From Octopus sinensis (taxonomy: Eukaryota): DNA of 64,000 bases. Positions 1 to 12,144 of this stretch are shown here, piece by piece; the first letter of the stretch is position 1; each line of letters opens with the position of its first letter. The position numbers and the translations under genes were made by a program. The notes beneath the pieces were generated by a model. The model searched no databases and was not told where the DNA came from. It saw only the letters and a list, made by a program, of their open reading frames with translations. The DNA lies in the NCBI RefSeq assembly GCF_006345805.1, contig NC_043008.1:21762001-21826000 (forward strand). The letters are read 5' to 3'.

Positions 1-1054
1 ACACTAATGAGTGAAATGAGTGAAAGAACCCCCAGATTAATTCTATCGTGTTTTCTTTTGTCCTCAAGAGAAAACTAAACCAATCGGCGGTACCTTCTCA
101 AGGTTGACTAGTTCTGTTACTGAAAGTAAAGTGCATTGGTTACTATGATGTTATACAAATTGCCGACATCTTGGTTGAATACACTCATACAGCAGCCTTA
201 TTAGAATTTTTATGGAAGCGCTAAACTTCTTTTCCGCCAAAATATTTTGAGCCATTTAAGAGTAGAAAAGCGGAATCATAAAAGCACCATTGTATGTGTG
301 CCGCAGGTTACGGAATACCGAATCGACGTTTACATATTTAGTATTCTAGCAAAGTAGACACTCAATGTTTCCCATTGAGTAACAGACATTATTAATAAAA
401 GAATGAACGAAGAACAGTAACCACAGAATTTTTTATTAGAATATTCTATTCGGAATATTGCAAAACTTTTGTTTCCATCGAAATATATATGTTATTTTCG
501 TTTTTTCTTCTTTTCTTTTTTTTTAATTTTTGAATTCATCCGCTTTTTTTTACATTACATTTTATTTCGTTTTCAATAAAAGAAAACAAGAATATTTTGT
601 TTGGCAAGAGAATTTTATTTTTGATTATTTAAATATTAATTTTCCATCAAACAAGATATTCAACTTTATTCTGACACTATTTTAAATCATGTTTCCGTTT
701 ATGGGAGAATAATCACAGTTGTCACAAAAGAAACAGAAATAAAAGATGAACAGTGCGCTAGCAAAACACTATAATTAGCAGACCGTCATAGTCTTTTCCA
801 ATAGAAAGACGACACGAAAAACGAAATTAATGAAATATTAATCCGTTCTTCTCCTTCTCGCACGCGCCAACTTTCTCTTCCTCAGTTCCTTTCTCAGTAT
901 CTATCCTCGTCTTTCATGAGATTGCCGTTCTTAAAATTTCTTTATTTTTATTTCCGTTCTACATTTCTTGAATGCTTTATTTCTTTCTAAATCATTCTAA
1001 GTTTCTTTATTTCGTCTCTCTGTGTCTGTTTGCTGTCATATATTCATGCATACA

Positions 1055-1110
1055 AACACACACACACACACACAGACAGACAGACACACACACACACACA
1101 CACACATACA

Positions 1111-1152
<42 letters not shown>

Positions 1153-1177
1153 TATATACACACACACACATACACAG
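1055..1177. repeat. (CA)n microsatellite
   Basis: Direct: imperfect CA dinucleotide run. Confidence 0.95.
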
Positions 1178-3559
1178 ATGATTAGAGTCAGTTAATGATT
1201 CACTCTGTGGCCACTAGCATTGCAACCGCGTGTGCTCCTTCGGGGAATGGCGAATTGAACGGAAAGGAAGTGGTGTATCGGTGAAACACGTTAAGCTGAT
1301 TCTCGGTAGTCGAGAGTCATAATGTCAATGTTAGTTTCGCAGACCACTATATAGTGTCGTTATTGGCTGCATCTGCTGCTGTGTAGGAGAGAGAAAGAGA
1401 CAGAGTACTGAGATCTGTCATGCGATTTTTAGATTAGCTACTCTGTAAAGCTTATTGCGTGACACTGCTCCACAAAGTAGGAAGTTACCAAGAAAAGAGC
1501 TCCGTTGACGGCAAAGACTAAAACTTCAAATCTCTTGGACAGCAAATTTACTAGCTTTTTAAATATATGGAACGTTTCAGTGAAACGTAATCTGCACTTC
1601 TGCCCTCCTTTGATATATATATAATAGTTCCGTGCACGACATACATCTGCGTTTAATAAAGTCGATTATATTCCAGTATTGGGCTCTGTCAAGTGATTCT
1701 AGAGCATCCCTGGACGTTTCGGTTTCTCAATTCATGTGATTTTGAATGTACAGACTAAATACATGGTAACTATTACATGGCAACATTAGAGTAATATTTA
1801 TGGTATACACTATTGCACTCCAATAGGTAATAAGTTCAAATATTCGATCAATGTTTTGTTCTATTTCTGCACTGGGTACTTCATTCTGCATTGGTTTGTT
1901 TTACCTAGATCCCGGTTTTACCTAGATCTAGTCGGTTTAGGAACAATATCCGTGCAAGACAAGCTGTATGTTCCCAAAGAGGATATTTACGTCTTATCCA
2001 ATCCACCAAAGCTAAGATCAGCTCTCCAGGGCTTAGAAGACATTTCGCATAACCTATCTACTAGATCAGCCTTCTGTTGTATTTTCCGGAAATTGTGAAA
2101 ATATGGACTTTGAAACAATGCGTTAACGCTGACGGCGATATGAAATACGAACATGGCTATTCACTGTATTGTGTATATTTAAAAAAACTTACTTAATATA
2201 TATTGACAAAATTAACATTCGAAAAATAAATGGAACGCAAAGAGCATTATGTAAAAAACGAAATTTTAAGAGAAACATATTAAAGCAATTCTTGTTTTTC
2301 TAATGAGTATTTCTTTCAGGATTATTTACTGTTTAACATAAATTCACAATTTCCAAACGCTATTCATTTTAAATCGCTTTCTTACATACATTAATTATTC
2401 ATTGCTCTACATAAATAATATGTTTAAATTTAATTAACTCGTTGTTTGGTTTATGTCCGTTATATTCTTCTTGAATATTTCTTTCGCTGATTCCATACAA
2501 AAGGAAACGTTTATCTAAGTCAGCAAAAACTGCAATCTTTATTCAAAATATTTCTGTATACCGAGTCACTTGATAATTTTATTACATTTCCGATTCAAAA
2601 AAATTTAAATGAAGAATAGAAAAAGTTCATATGAAGTGCGTTAGATTCGATGTTTGTTCACGAATATTCAATTATATAATTGCATTAACATATTAAGATA
2701 GAATTTATCAAATGTTTAGATTTGCTTTTTACATTTTAATTCTTTAAGCTATTTTTATATGGAAACAGAATTGTCGTGATTTCGATTGAATCAACTCCAG
2801 TACATTACTAACATTTATATTCTTTATCGACACTGGCATAAATTGAATTACGAAAGACAAAGTCGATCCAGGCACGATTTTTAACATAGAGCCTAAAACT
2901 AAATTAAATATTGCAACCCGTTTAGTCTAGAATCGTATCGTCTTACAATATCACCCTTCAGTTCTTAATAATTCAACAGGCTGCAGTGAAATAGGATATA
3001 AAGTGGTTTAAATAAACACAAACAAATGCATTAATTCAATTACATCTTTTTCAGTTATCTTATTTTCATAAATATTCCTATATAATTATGAACTTTTTAT
3101 TACATCACCACTCAATTTTGCTCCTGCAGTTGTTAATATCCCGTAACGAAAGTTCTACAGTCTTTAAATGCGAATTCTTCTACACTCTCATTGTGTTCCT
3201 ATTTTTATGGCTAAAAGTATTGTCATAACTTTTATTCTATGTTATTTATCGATTATTTTGCACGGTCTAATAGTAGTTTCTTTATTTTCTGCATTATATA
3301 GATAATCAATTATTGGTTGTTATTCTCTGTCATTTATGCTGATTCCATTTTAGTTTCTGAAAAACCTTGATCGACTGTAGTTAAAATGGTAGAAGCTAAT
3401 ACAGATAAGCTATCAGTTAGGGTCTACATCGGATGAAATCGCTAGCAAAATGCGATGAAATTACATTGAAATAACAACGTAAGCTGTTACAAAAATGTAG
3501 AGATTAACAGTTTGTTTAAGCGGTAAAGCTTTCGAGAAAAAAAACACAGGAAGAAATTT

Positions 3560-4830
3560 CTCCTATGATGAAGGGTACAACTCCAAACCTTAGTCCTTTA
3601 TTTATCTCGCGGTACAGTACATATCTCCTTTAATCTGACATCACTGAGTTCACTGACTGGCCCTAGACGGCTGTTCGTCAGTTGCGCTCTTTCATTTCAT
3701 TTCTTTTTATATTCTTGTAGTTTTTCGTTGCTTTCATTCCTGTTGTCTTCCTGCTGATTCTGTTTAAATTCTTGCCCCTTCTGTATTTTGTCCTTGCAAT
3801 GACCTCACCTCTGTTCCCCTACTGGTAAAAAAAAAAGAAAAAATTAACGCAGACAGTATTCTTTCTCCAATGTGCATAACAGTTTTTCAAACCTAATATT
3901 GCAGTACTTCTGTTTGTTTTCTGCGCTTAACAAACCTTTGCTTCAATCCTTTACTGGTATGTAGATTCTGTTGAGATTATTTATAGTGTGTTGCATGGTC
4001 TGCACTGCGAACAGCTTCCTAGTTCTATCCTGTTGCCCTGGGCTTGTCTTTAGCTACGTTAAAAAAGGAGCAGAGTTTCTCAACACAGAGGAATTAACGC
4101 AATTACGAAAAGTAATGGTGAGAGCGATTTTCTATGTAATATCACACCTCCAGAATATTTATTTCTCTATTTTATTTCTACTTCCCATGATCTCATCGCT
4201 TTTCCTAAAAAAAAAAACCCACAAAAACTATTAATTAACCCTGAGTGTCCTCGGTACTCTATCATTCAATAGTACGGTATATCATCGTACGCTTTGTTGT
4301 ATTCTATCCATACTACAGCTAAATTCTTTTTTGTAATTCCCTTAATATATACTGTCAATGTACAACAGATCAGCTGTTCACTTTAACTTCTTTCTGCATC
4401 CCTTTTACTCCTCTGAAAATTGATTCTCCTTTCCCACAAAAATACACATTTAATCTCTTACGAGGCCAGTTGGAATTTTCCATGGTAATGCTAAGGGTCT
4501 ATAATTACTAACTTCTGATCCCTTGTCTTTATTCTTCTCTATTAAGTCTCCCTCTCTTTATGCAATCGATATTGCTGTTCAATTTTCTACACAATCAATA
4601 AGAAACGGCTGTGTATAGATGTACATGCCTCTAAGATTTTTAAGCTCCGAACGCTATCGGGTTCAGGGGATTTCCAATTTCATATCTTTTATATTATCAT
4701 AATTACAAAGAGATTATCCACAGATGTGTTACGTTTAGAAACAATATCTTTGATATCATGTAACCACTAGCTTCCTTAGTTATCAAGGAACTTTCGGACA
4801 ATCTTTACTGTTCCTAATAGAATAAGATTT
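3560..4830 (-). mobile_element. Ancient, heavily decayed R4/Dong-like non-LTR retrotransposon RT remnant
   Basis: Minus-strand translation with stops and frameshifts gives KDKGSEVSNYRPLA, WKIPTG, EE*KGCRKK and WIEYNKAYD, matching RT domains 1-3 of RLE-clade LINEs. Boundaries approximate. Confidence 0.6.
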
Positions 4831-4850
4831 CTGGATTAATGTAATACTCG

Positions 4851-4927
<77 letters not shown>

Positions 4928-4955
4928 TATTATTATTACTATTATTATTATTATT

Positions 4956-5428
4956 GAGTGAGAGCGCAGTGCATGCCATCAAAGTGACACTGGGGTAAAA
5001 TATACGAATCCCAGTATACCCATCATGACTACCCGTCTGATAAGGGTACGAAAGGCACATGCATCACAGCCATATATGCGCGACATGGTGATCTCATATC
5101 AAGAGAGACAGCGCGTGACCTTGCAGGTGGGGCCCAGTTAGAATTTTCTTCTCGTCGAGTAACCCATCCCGTTCAAAAGGTCCCTGAATAAGGATTGTTT
5201 AAAGATGTCGAACGAACCACCCATGTTTCCAAAAGGGAATTATTCAAACCCCTAAGAATTCCTCTCAGCACACGGTTATGATGCTCCACCACTACTTCTG
5301 CTCGTGATCAGAGATGCACATATCGTCAGCCACTAAGGGACATGCTCAACTGGTTAAAGTCAAACAACTGACAAGCAAATCTGTGGTATTGAGCAGAATA
5401 TTTGCTGTAGCCCATCATTTATACCAAG
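4956..5428 (-). mobile_element. ~470-bp non-coding element between two (TAA)n tracts
   Basis: Higher-GC block sharply bounded by (ATT)n at 4852-4955 and 5429-5480; no meaningful ORF. Strand inferred from the TAA orientation of the Dong copies. Confidence 0.55.
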
Positions 5429-5482
<54 letters not shown>

Positions 5483-5778
5483 ATGTCTTTTTCTGGACGA
5501 CAATGAAGACAAATACACTGATTTTTATTTAAATTAAGGAATCGCTATTTCTTTTACCGAAATTCAGCATAATGTGTGGTAAGATGAAAAGAAAGGAATA
5601 GAAATAAAAGCCAAAAATAACTTGTAACATCATATCCGGCATATTAATGTTTTTACTTCTTATAAGATGAATAGAAACGTTTACTAATGTACATTAATTG
5701 AATGTCATGTTGATTATATAGCGATACGATATTTTTCATATTAATGCATTTCATTCATATTTTCCATCATTCTTCTTA

Positions 5779-5823
<45 letters not shown>

Positions 5824-6539
5824 TGTGTGTGTGTGTGTGGTGTATTTCTATCTATGCGTGCATGTCTATATAAATTTAAATAGATTCCGAATGACTTATT
5901 AAGTCCTCTTACCGTGGAAATCGCTTCTTCAATTTCATGTAATTAGGTCTTTACTCATTAGATGTCTTTCAACTGCAAACTAATATTCGCTGTGTGTTTA
6001 TAATAACAACAAATAAAGTGGAAGATAAAATTTTAATAGTCATTAGAATGACATCAGCAGAAAACTGAATATTGAAATATTATTTTTGTGTCTGTCTGGA
6101 AAATTTTAACTGCGAAATTATAATTCCATAGCAAAACTAAATTTATGAATATATTTTCAGTTGATTGACAAGAATGAAGATATTCATAAATACGCTCCAA
6201 ATCTTGCTCAAAGCCGTATTGTGTCCTCTCTCCCTGCCTTCCTACCGCTACCATAATTGCTTCTGCTCCTCGAATCTAACTGGTATTGATTCCCCTTGCA
6301 TTGAGACAAACCCGATTCACTTGTCTCTCCACGTTGCCGTCCTCTTTCTATCGACACCCGTATTGTGTCCATCACTGTCATCTTTTGGCCCGGCATTAAC
6401 CATTACACTCATACTTCCGCCCCAGGATATTGATTCTCCGGAATTATCTCCCCTTACGATTTGCATCAGTTCAAGCAATATGTTTCAGTATGATCTGTCT
6501 CAGAGAGTCTGTGAAAACCATGGGACCAGCCCCTTTATG

Positions 6540-7330
6540 TGTAGTTAAGTAGCTGGCTTTTCAACCATGACGGTTTCGGTTCCACTGCGCAGGATCTTGG
6601 GCAAGTGTCTTCTGCTATAACACCGAGCAGACCGATGCCTTGCAAAAGAATTCGGTAGATGGAAACGGTATGGAATCGAGCTGGTAGAAACATTAGCACG
6701 CCGGGCGAAATGCTTAGCGGTATTTCGTCTGCCGCTACGTTCTGAGTTCAAATTCCGCCCAGGTCGACTTTGCCTTTCATCCTTTCGGGGTCGATAAATT
6801 AAGTACCAGTTACGCACTGGGGTCGATGTAATCGACTTAATCCCTTTGTCTGTCCTTGTTTGTCCCCTCTGTGTGTAGCCCCTTGTATGCAGTAAAGAAA
6901 TGGGTATTTCGTCTGCCGTTACGTTCTGAGTTCAAATTCCGTCGAGGTCAACTTTGCCTTTCATCCTTTCGGGGTCGATTAAATAAGTACCAGTTACGCA
7001 GTGGGGTCAATATAATCGACTTAATCCGTTTGTCTGTCCTTGTTTGTCCGCTCTGTGTTTAGCCCCTTGTGGGCAATAAAGAAATAGGAAACTGTATGGA
7101 AGCTCATCGTACGTATATGTTTTGTGTATGTGTGTGTGTGTCTTTGTGTCTGTGTCTGTGTCTGTCCCCTCCACCACATGACAACCCGTGTTTGCTTGTT
7201 TATTTTCCCCTAACTTAGCGGTTCGGCATAAGAAACAAATAAGAATAAGACCCAGACTGGGGTCGATTTGTTCAGCTAAACCCTTCAACGGGGTGACCTA
7301 ACATGGCTGAAGTGAAAGGAATGAAACAAT
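6540..7330 (+). mobile_element. SINE family B (tRNA-derived, CORE-like 'cttgggcaagtg' motif) interrupted by a family A dimer
   Basis: Matches other B copies (21435, 30645, 60207); split at a 15-bp TSD ggaaac(g/t)gtatggaa at 6661-6675 and 7087-7101. Confidence 0.85.
6676..7086 (+). mobile_element. SINE family A head-to-tail dimer (tRNA-derived, Meta-domain-like core)
   Basis: A-box-like tggtagaaac, B box gagttcaaattcc, core gcctttcatcctttcggggtcgataaattaagtacc, tail aaagaaata; second unit starts at ggtatttcg. Confidence 0.9.
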
Positions 7331-7339
7331 AAAATAAAA

Positions 7340-7612
7340 TATAAAAAAAGCTTTTCCCGACGGATGATTCTGTGAGGTAACCGCCTTAATAATAATTTCT
7401 GATTTAAGCACGGGGCCGGCAATCGTTTTAAGGGGAGGAGCGGTAAAAATACTGATACCAGAACAATTCTGATACGTTATTATATTGCCACACCGTCCTG
7501 GAGAAATAAATGGCAAATTTCACTTCGACAGTATTTGAACCCAGCATGGAAAGAACCGGAAAAAATACACCAAAGCACCATGTCTGATCAGCTAATAGTT
7601 CTGCCAACTCAG
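7340..7612 (-). mobile_element. Old diverged family A-type SINE
   Basis: Decayed match to family A (ggcaaatttcacttcg, atttgaac, ttctgccaactc). Confidence 0.65.
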
Positions 7613-7682
7613 TTGTATTATATATGTACATAGATGTGTGTATGTGTGTTGTGTGTGTGTGTGTTTGTTTTTTTGTTTTTGT

Positions 7683-7978
7683 TCATTCTCGAGCCACACC
7701 TGGCTCATAAGGGCCGGTTTCCCGGTTTCCTTGGCGTATAGGTTCCCCACTTGAATGGGAGGCCGGTCCGTCGCAGGTGAGCTGCAAGATGCAGGAGGAA
7801 AGAGTGAGAGAAAGTTGTGGCGAAAGAATCAGCAGAAGTTCGCCATTACCTTCTGCCGGAGTTGCGTGGAGCTTAGGTGTTTCGCTCATAAACACACACA
7901 TCGCCCAGTCTGAGATTCGAACCCGCGATCCCTCGACCGCGAGTCCGCTGCTCTAACCACTATGCCATGTGCCTCCAC
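7683..7978 (-). mobile_element. SINE family D (tRNA-like head)
   Basis: Minus strand: tggcatagtgg (A box), ggttcgaatctc (B box); related copy at 36912-37210. Confidence 0.85.
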
Positions 7979-7979
7979 A

Positions 7980-8493
7980 AAATAAATGCGCCCTTTTTTT
8001 AAAGCCCAGCCAGGCTCATGTGACCGGTACCCCGGTTTCTATGGCGTATGTGTTCCGCAGCTGGACGAGACGCCAGTCCGTCGCAGCGTTACTCATTTTT
8101 GCCAGCTGAGTGGACTGGAGCAACGTGAAGTGAAGTGTTCTGCTCAAGAACACAACGCGTCGCCCAGTCCAGGAATCGAAATCACAATCTTACGATCATG
8201 ATGCTGACACCCTAACCACTAAGCAACGCGCCTCCACTAAATAATGCGCCCTTTTAAAGCCTAGCCAGGCTCATGGGCCTGGTTTCCTGGTTTCTATGGC
8301 GTATGTGTTCCCCAGCTGGACGGGACGCCAGTCCATCGCAGCGTTACTCATTTTTGCCAGCTGAGTGGACTGGAGCAACGTGAAATGAAGTGTTTCGCTC
8401 AAGAACACAACGCGCCGCCCAGTCCAGGAATCGAAATCACAATCTTACGATCATGATGCTGACACCCTAACCACTAAGCCACTTGCCTCCACT
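7980..8493 (-). mobile_element. Two tandem copies of SINE family C
   Basis: Two near-identical ~256-bp units (about 7980-8237 and 8238-8493) with tRNA-like head gtggaggc..ttagtggttagg..tttcgattcc; 3' part shared with family D. Confidence 0.9.
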
Positions 8494-8774
8494 GTGTGTG
8501 TTTGTCTGAATAATCAAGAGGCAAGCAGAGCAATATATGATGTCATAATACTCTGGACACATCGTTTCGGATTCAAAACAAATCACAACCAATGCTATTC
8601 TTAGTGTCTACAGTGATTGGTTGTTCAGCAGGATTTGCTACATTCACAAACGAATGTTGACTCATCTTGACTAACTTCTTAATCAGAAAAGCTATTTCCT
8701 ATCAATTTTTTTTTTCAAATTGTTACTCTAAATAATAAATATAACAAAAACCATAAACGCCTTGTATTATTTGA

Positions 8775-9157
8775 CTAGCAGTATCGCCCGGCGTTGCTCA
8801 GGTTTGTAAGGGAAATAACTATAAAGCATTTTTAGAGAGTTATAACCAAAAAATAGCAAAAAAATGGAAAAAAATGATGGTAAATTTTTTTTTTAGTTAA
8901 AAAAGGTGGAGTTGCGTCCTCTAGACAGTTTGCGGTTTGTGTTTCTGATTCTCGACCCCATGTCGAATTTATCGATTTTTTTCAGAACTGGGGGAACTTT
9001 TCAAAATGTTCGCTGCGTTAGTTTTGAATTATGACATTGGGCTATGTGTGTGTCAAGTTTCATCAGAATCGGTTGAAAACCGTGGTCAGGGTGAGGGTAC
9101 AAGCAAACAGACACACAGAAACATGCACAGACAAACTGCCGTTTATATATAGAGAGA
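8775..9157 (-). mobile_element. Non-autonomous Helitron
   Basis: Minus strand starts A|TCtctctatatataaac and ends with a GC hairpin (cctgagcaacgccggg) followed by CTAG|T. Confidence 0.85.
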
Positions 9158-9894
9158 TAATATCTATATCTTAAATAAAAGAAGAAAAAAAAACATGAAT
9201 ATTTTTCTTTCGTTATTTAATAAAATGCGTCATTTGTGTATCAATGTACACCACCAGCAATATTTTAACGGAAACTTGTTTTTCCTTGTCTGAACTACAA
9301 AATCTGATGCAATTTTCTTGCTTTAAGATTCATGACGTAAATGATATTGAAACGATTGTCTGTATTTAATAAAAGAAAAAACTGAAATAAAATTGAAAAG
9401 TAAAGAATTAAGATAACAGAAATTATTAGATTCACGTGCGTGAGCGTGTGTGAGCGTGCTTGTGCGTATATGTGTGTGTCTGTATGTTTGTGTGCGTATA
9501 TATATACCATGGGTCATCACAATTGCTTAAGGTAAAAATGAATTCCTCGCTCTTTCGGAAACATCAATCTTATGTATTGACTGCTTTCCACCACTTTGAT
9601 CTGTTTTTTGTATTGAATACGTATCGCCACCGAGGGCCACTGCATCGAACACTTTGAACATATAGCATGAATGAACTTACTTCAAACTATATATCAACTA
9701 TACATGAACTCTAAGATGTCTGACTCCGTTGTGTATTATAAATGAATTTCTTGTGTTTGACGGCATGAGCTGTCTTTTTTTATATATAACTTTTTTTGAT
9801 AAGGTTCATTTCAGGAACTGAAACATGTTATAATGTATATATAAAAATTAAAAATTGTATAATATAGCAGCATTTTCGAACTTCATTTTTTACA

Positions 9895-10002
9895 AATATA
9901 TATATATATATTATATATATATATATATATATATCATGTTTATATATATCATGTTTATATATTCATGTTTTATATATATATGATATTTATATATATATAT
10001 GA

Positions 10003-10049
<47 letters not shown>

Positions 10050-10158
10050 TGTTTATATATATATGATATATATATAGATATATATATATATATCATGTTT
10101 ATATATATATGATATATATATATATATTATATATATATATCATGTTATATATATATGA

Positions 10159-10206
<48 letters not shown>

Positions 10207-10215
10207 ATATATATA
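9895..10215. repeat. (TA)n-rich degenerate microsatellite
   Basis: Direct. Confidence 0.95.
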
Positions 10216-10380
10216 CACGCCGGAGTAAGCACATAAATGTGAAACAAGGTGGAAAAAGGAGTACTCAAATATCAGAGGTAGAGTTCCCAATCGTCGGTCA
10301 GTTTTGTTAACAAACGACGATTGAGAGCGTGAACCTCTGAGTAACAGTTTTTGTTATATTTCTGCTGCTTTTAAATAGAG
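10215..10380. mobile_element. Short TA-flanked element with internal inverted repeat (possible decayed Penelope-like fragment)
   Basis: Hairpin 10272-10340 (tcagaggt/acctctga, caatcgtcg/cgacgattg, centre tttgttaacaaa); (TA)n on both sides. Confidence 0.4.
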
Positions 10381-10425
10381 TATATATATGTGTGTATGTG
10401 TGTGTGTGTGTGTGTGTGTGTATAT

Positions 10426-10461
<36 letters not shown>

Positions 10462-10875
10462 ATATATATGAAGGTATCTAAATGACTATTATTATTTCAT
10501 TGTCTGAAGGCAGTGACCCTGGCAGAAACGTTAGCACGCCGTGTATAATGCTTAGCAGCATCTCATCCGTCTTGTCTTTAGGTTCTGCGCTCAAATTCCA
10601 CCGAGGTCGACTTTGCTTTTCGTCCTTTCAGGGTCGATAAATTAACAGAAAAGTCGATGTAATCGACTTGTCCATTCTCCCATATTAGGTGTCCACTTTG
10701 GTGGTCATTCCTCTTAATTTGTTTTGTAATATAATTTTTCATCTTCGGGCTTTTTTAAATATACTAAGCCACTGGTTTTAATTGATTAATATCAATTTCT
10801 ACCCTCATTATTTAATTTTACATATATATGATATATATTAACATATATATTTGTAAATGTATATATAGATATAGG

Positions 10876-10914
<39 letters not shown>

Positions 10915-10916
<2 letters not shown>

Positions 10917-11120
10917 GGAAAGTTTACGAAAATAAACAAAAGACGAAGGCAGGTGGAGTACAAACAAACAAATGTATTAGTATAGCGCTCAGGAATAGAT
11001 AAAGTCTTTTACGTTTCGAGCCTACGCTCTTCGACAGAAAGATACACAGAAAATAAAACAAGGAGAGAAAAAAATGCTTGTAGGAGCTAACGATTTATCA
11101 TGGCGTCCTGACTTCGGACG
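10915..11120 (-). mobile_element. Penelope-type non-autonomous fragment with minimal hammerhead
   Basis: Abuts (TA)n; homologous copy at 45125-45307; contains the fold at 11005-11042. Confidence 0.65.
11005..11042 (-). ncRNA. Minimal type I hammerhead-like motif (U at core position 6)
   Basis: UCUUU-CUGUCGA-A-GAGC(GUAG)GCUC-GAAACGU-A-AAAGA: perfect stems I and II, palindromic ACGU helix III, GUA site. Confidence 0.65.
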
Positions 11121-11666
11121 TATACATATGTGTATGTGTGTGTTTGTGCATGTGTGTATGAATGTATGTATGTACGTATGTATAATGTATTTTTGTACTT
11201 AAATTCGAAATCCTTATGTGCAGATGACATTGGTGTAAAGAAATGATATGAGATGAACTAAATGGCATTTGTCTATATTTGTCGTAGACGATGGTGTGGC
11301 GACGAGTGATAAATTGTGGACGTGGCGCAAACGTGTACCTAACGTATTTAACATGGCCTTGTATATGACAAACACTTACCATTAAATACAACGTAATTCA
11401 TTTCAGAATTAAGGTTTTGCACACGGGTACAAGGCACATAAATTGAGCTTCGTGCTTTAGTTAGAGGCTCTGTTCGTGTTTGAACTCCCGTTGTATTTCG
11501 CTAAAAGTCACGAATTCATTGTCATGCTAATGAATCGACTGTTAATTATAGAACGTGAGTAGCTGTGTTCGAAGGTTAGATTTGATATTCCAGTAATCTA
11601 TTAATTAATTTTTCAATAAACGTCCGTGTTTAAGTATCTGCTTGCTGGTATCATTAATTCCTACGC

Positions 11667-11723
<57 letters not shown>

Positions 11724-11744
11724 ATGTAGAAGAAGTAGCAGGAC

Positions 11745-11784
<40 letters not shown>

Positions 11785-11998
11785 ACACATGTATATACAC
11801 ACACAGAACTGTATATTACCTCTAGGCATGTGTACATTTGAGGTCAACTTTGCCCTTCAATGGGAGTCGATAGAATAAGGAAACAGTCAAGTACTCGGTT
11901 CGATGTAATCGCTTAACTTAACCTCTCCCCTCAGAATTGCTGTCCTTGTATCAAAATAATTATAAAGATGATGATGACCGATTCTCCAGTCGAAGACT

Positions 11999-12142
11999 AC
12001 GGGCTGTGTGGTAAGTAGCTTGCTTACCAACCACATGGTTCCGAGTTCATTCCCACTACGTGGCACCTTAGGCAATTGTCTTCTGCTATAGCCTCGGGCC
12101 CACCAAAGCCTTGTGAGTGGATTTGGTAGACGGAAACTGAAA
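11999..12142 (+). mobile_element. 3'-truncated SINE family B
   Basis: ggctgtgtggtaagtagcttgcttacc...ggaaactgaaaga. Confidence 0.85.
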
Positions 12143-12144
12143 GA

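Noticed and set aside
1851-2098. Short ORF with hydrophobic start and a 14-bp direct repeat (gttttacctagatc, 17-bp period)
   Set aside because: No recognisable homology; the ATG frame needs removal of the duplication to stay open.
5037-5065. ctgataa-gggtac-gaaa hammerhead-like string
   Set aside because: C3-A8 cannot pair and stems II and I are not convincing.
6165-6548. 127-aa plus-strand ORF
   Set aside because: No recognisable motifs or splice context; probably decayed repeat or chance.
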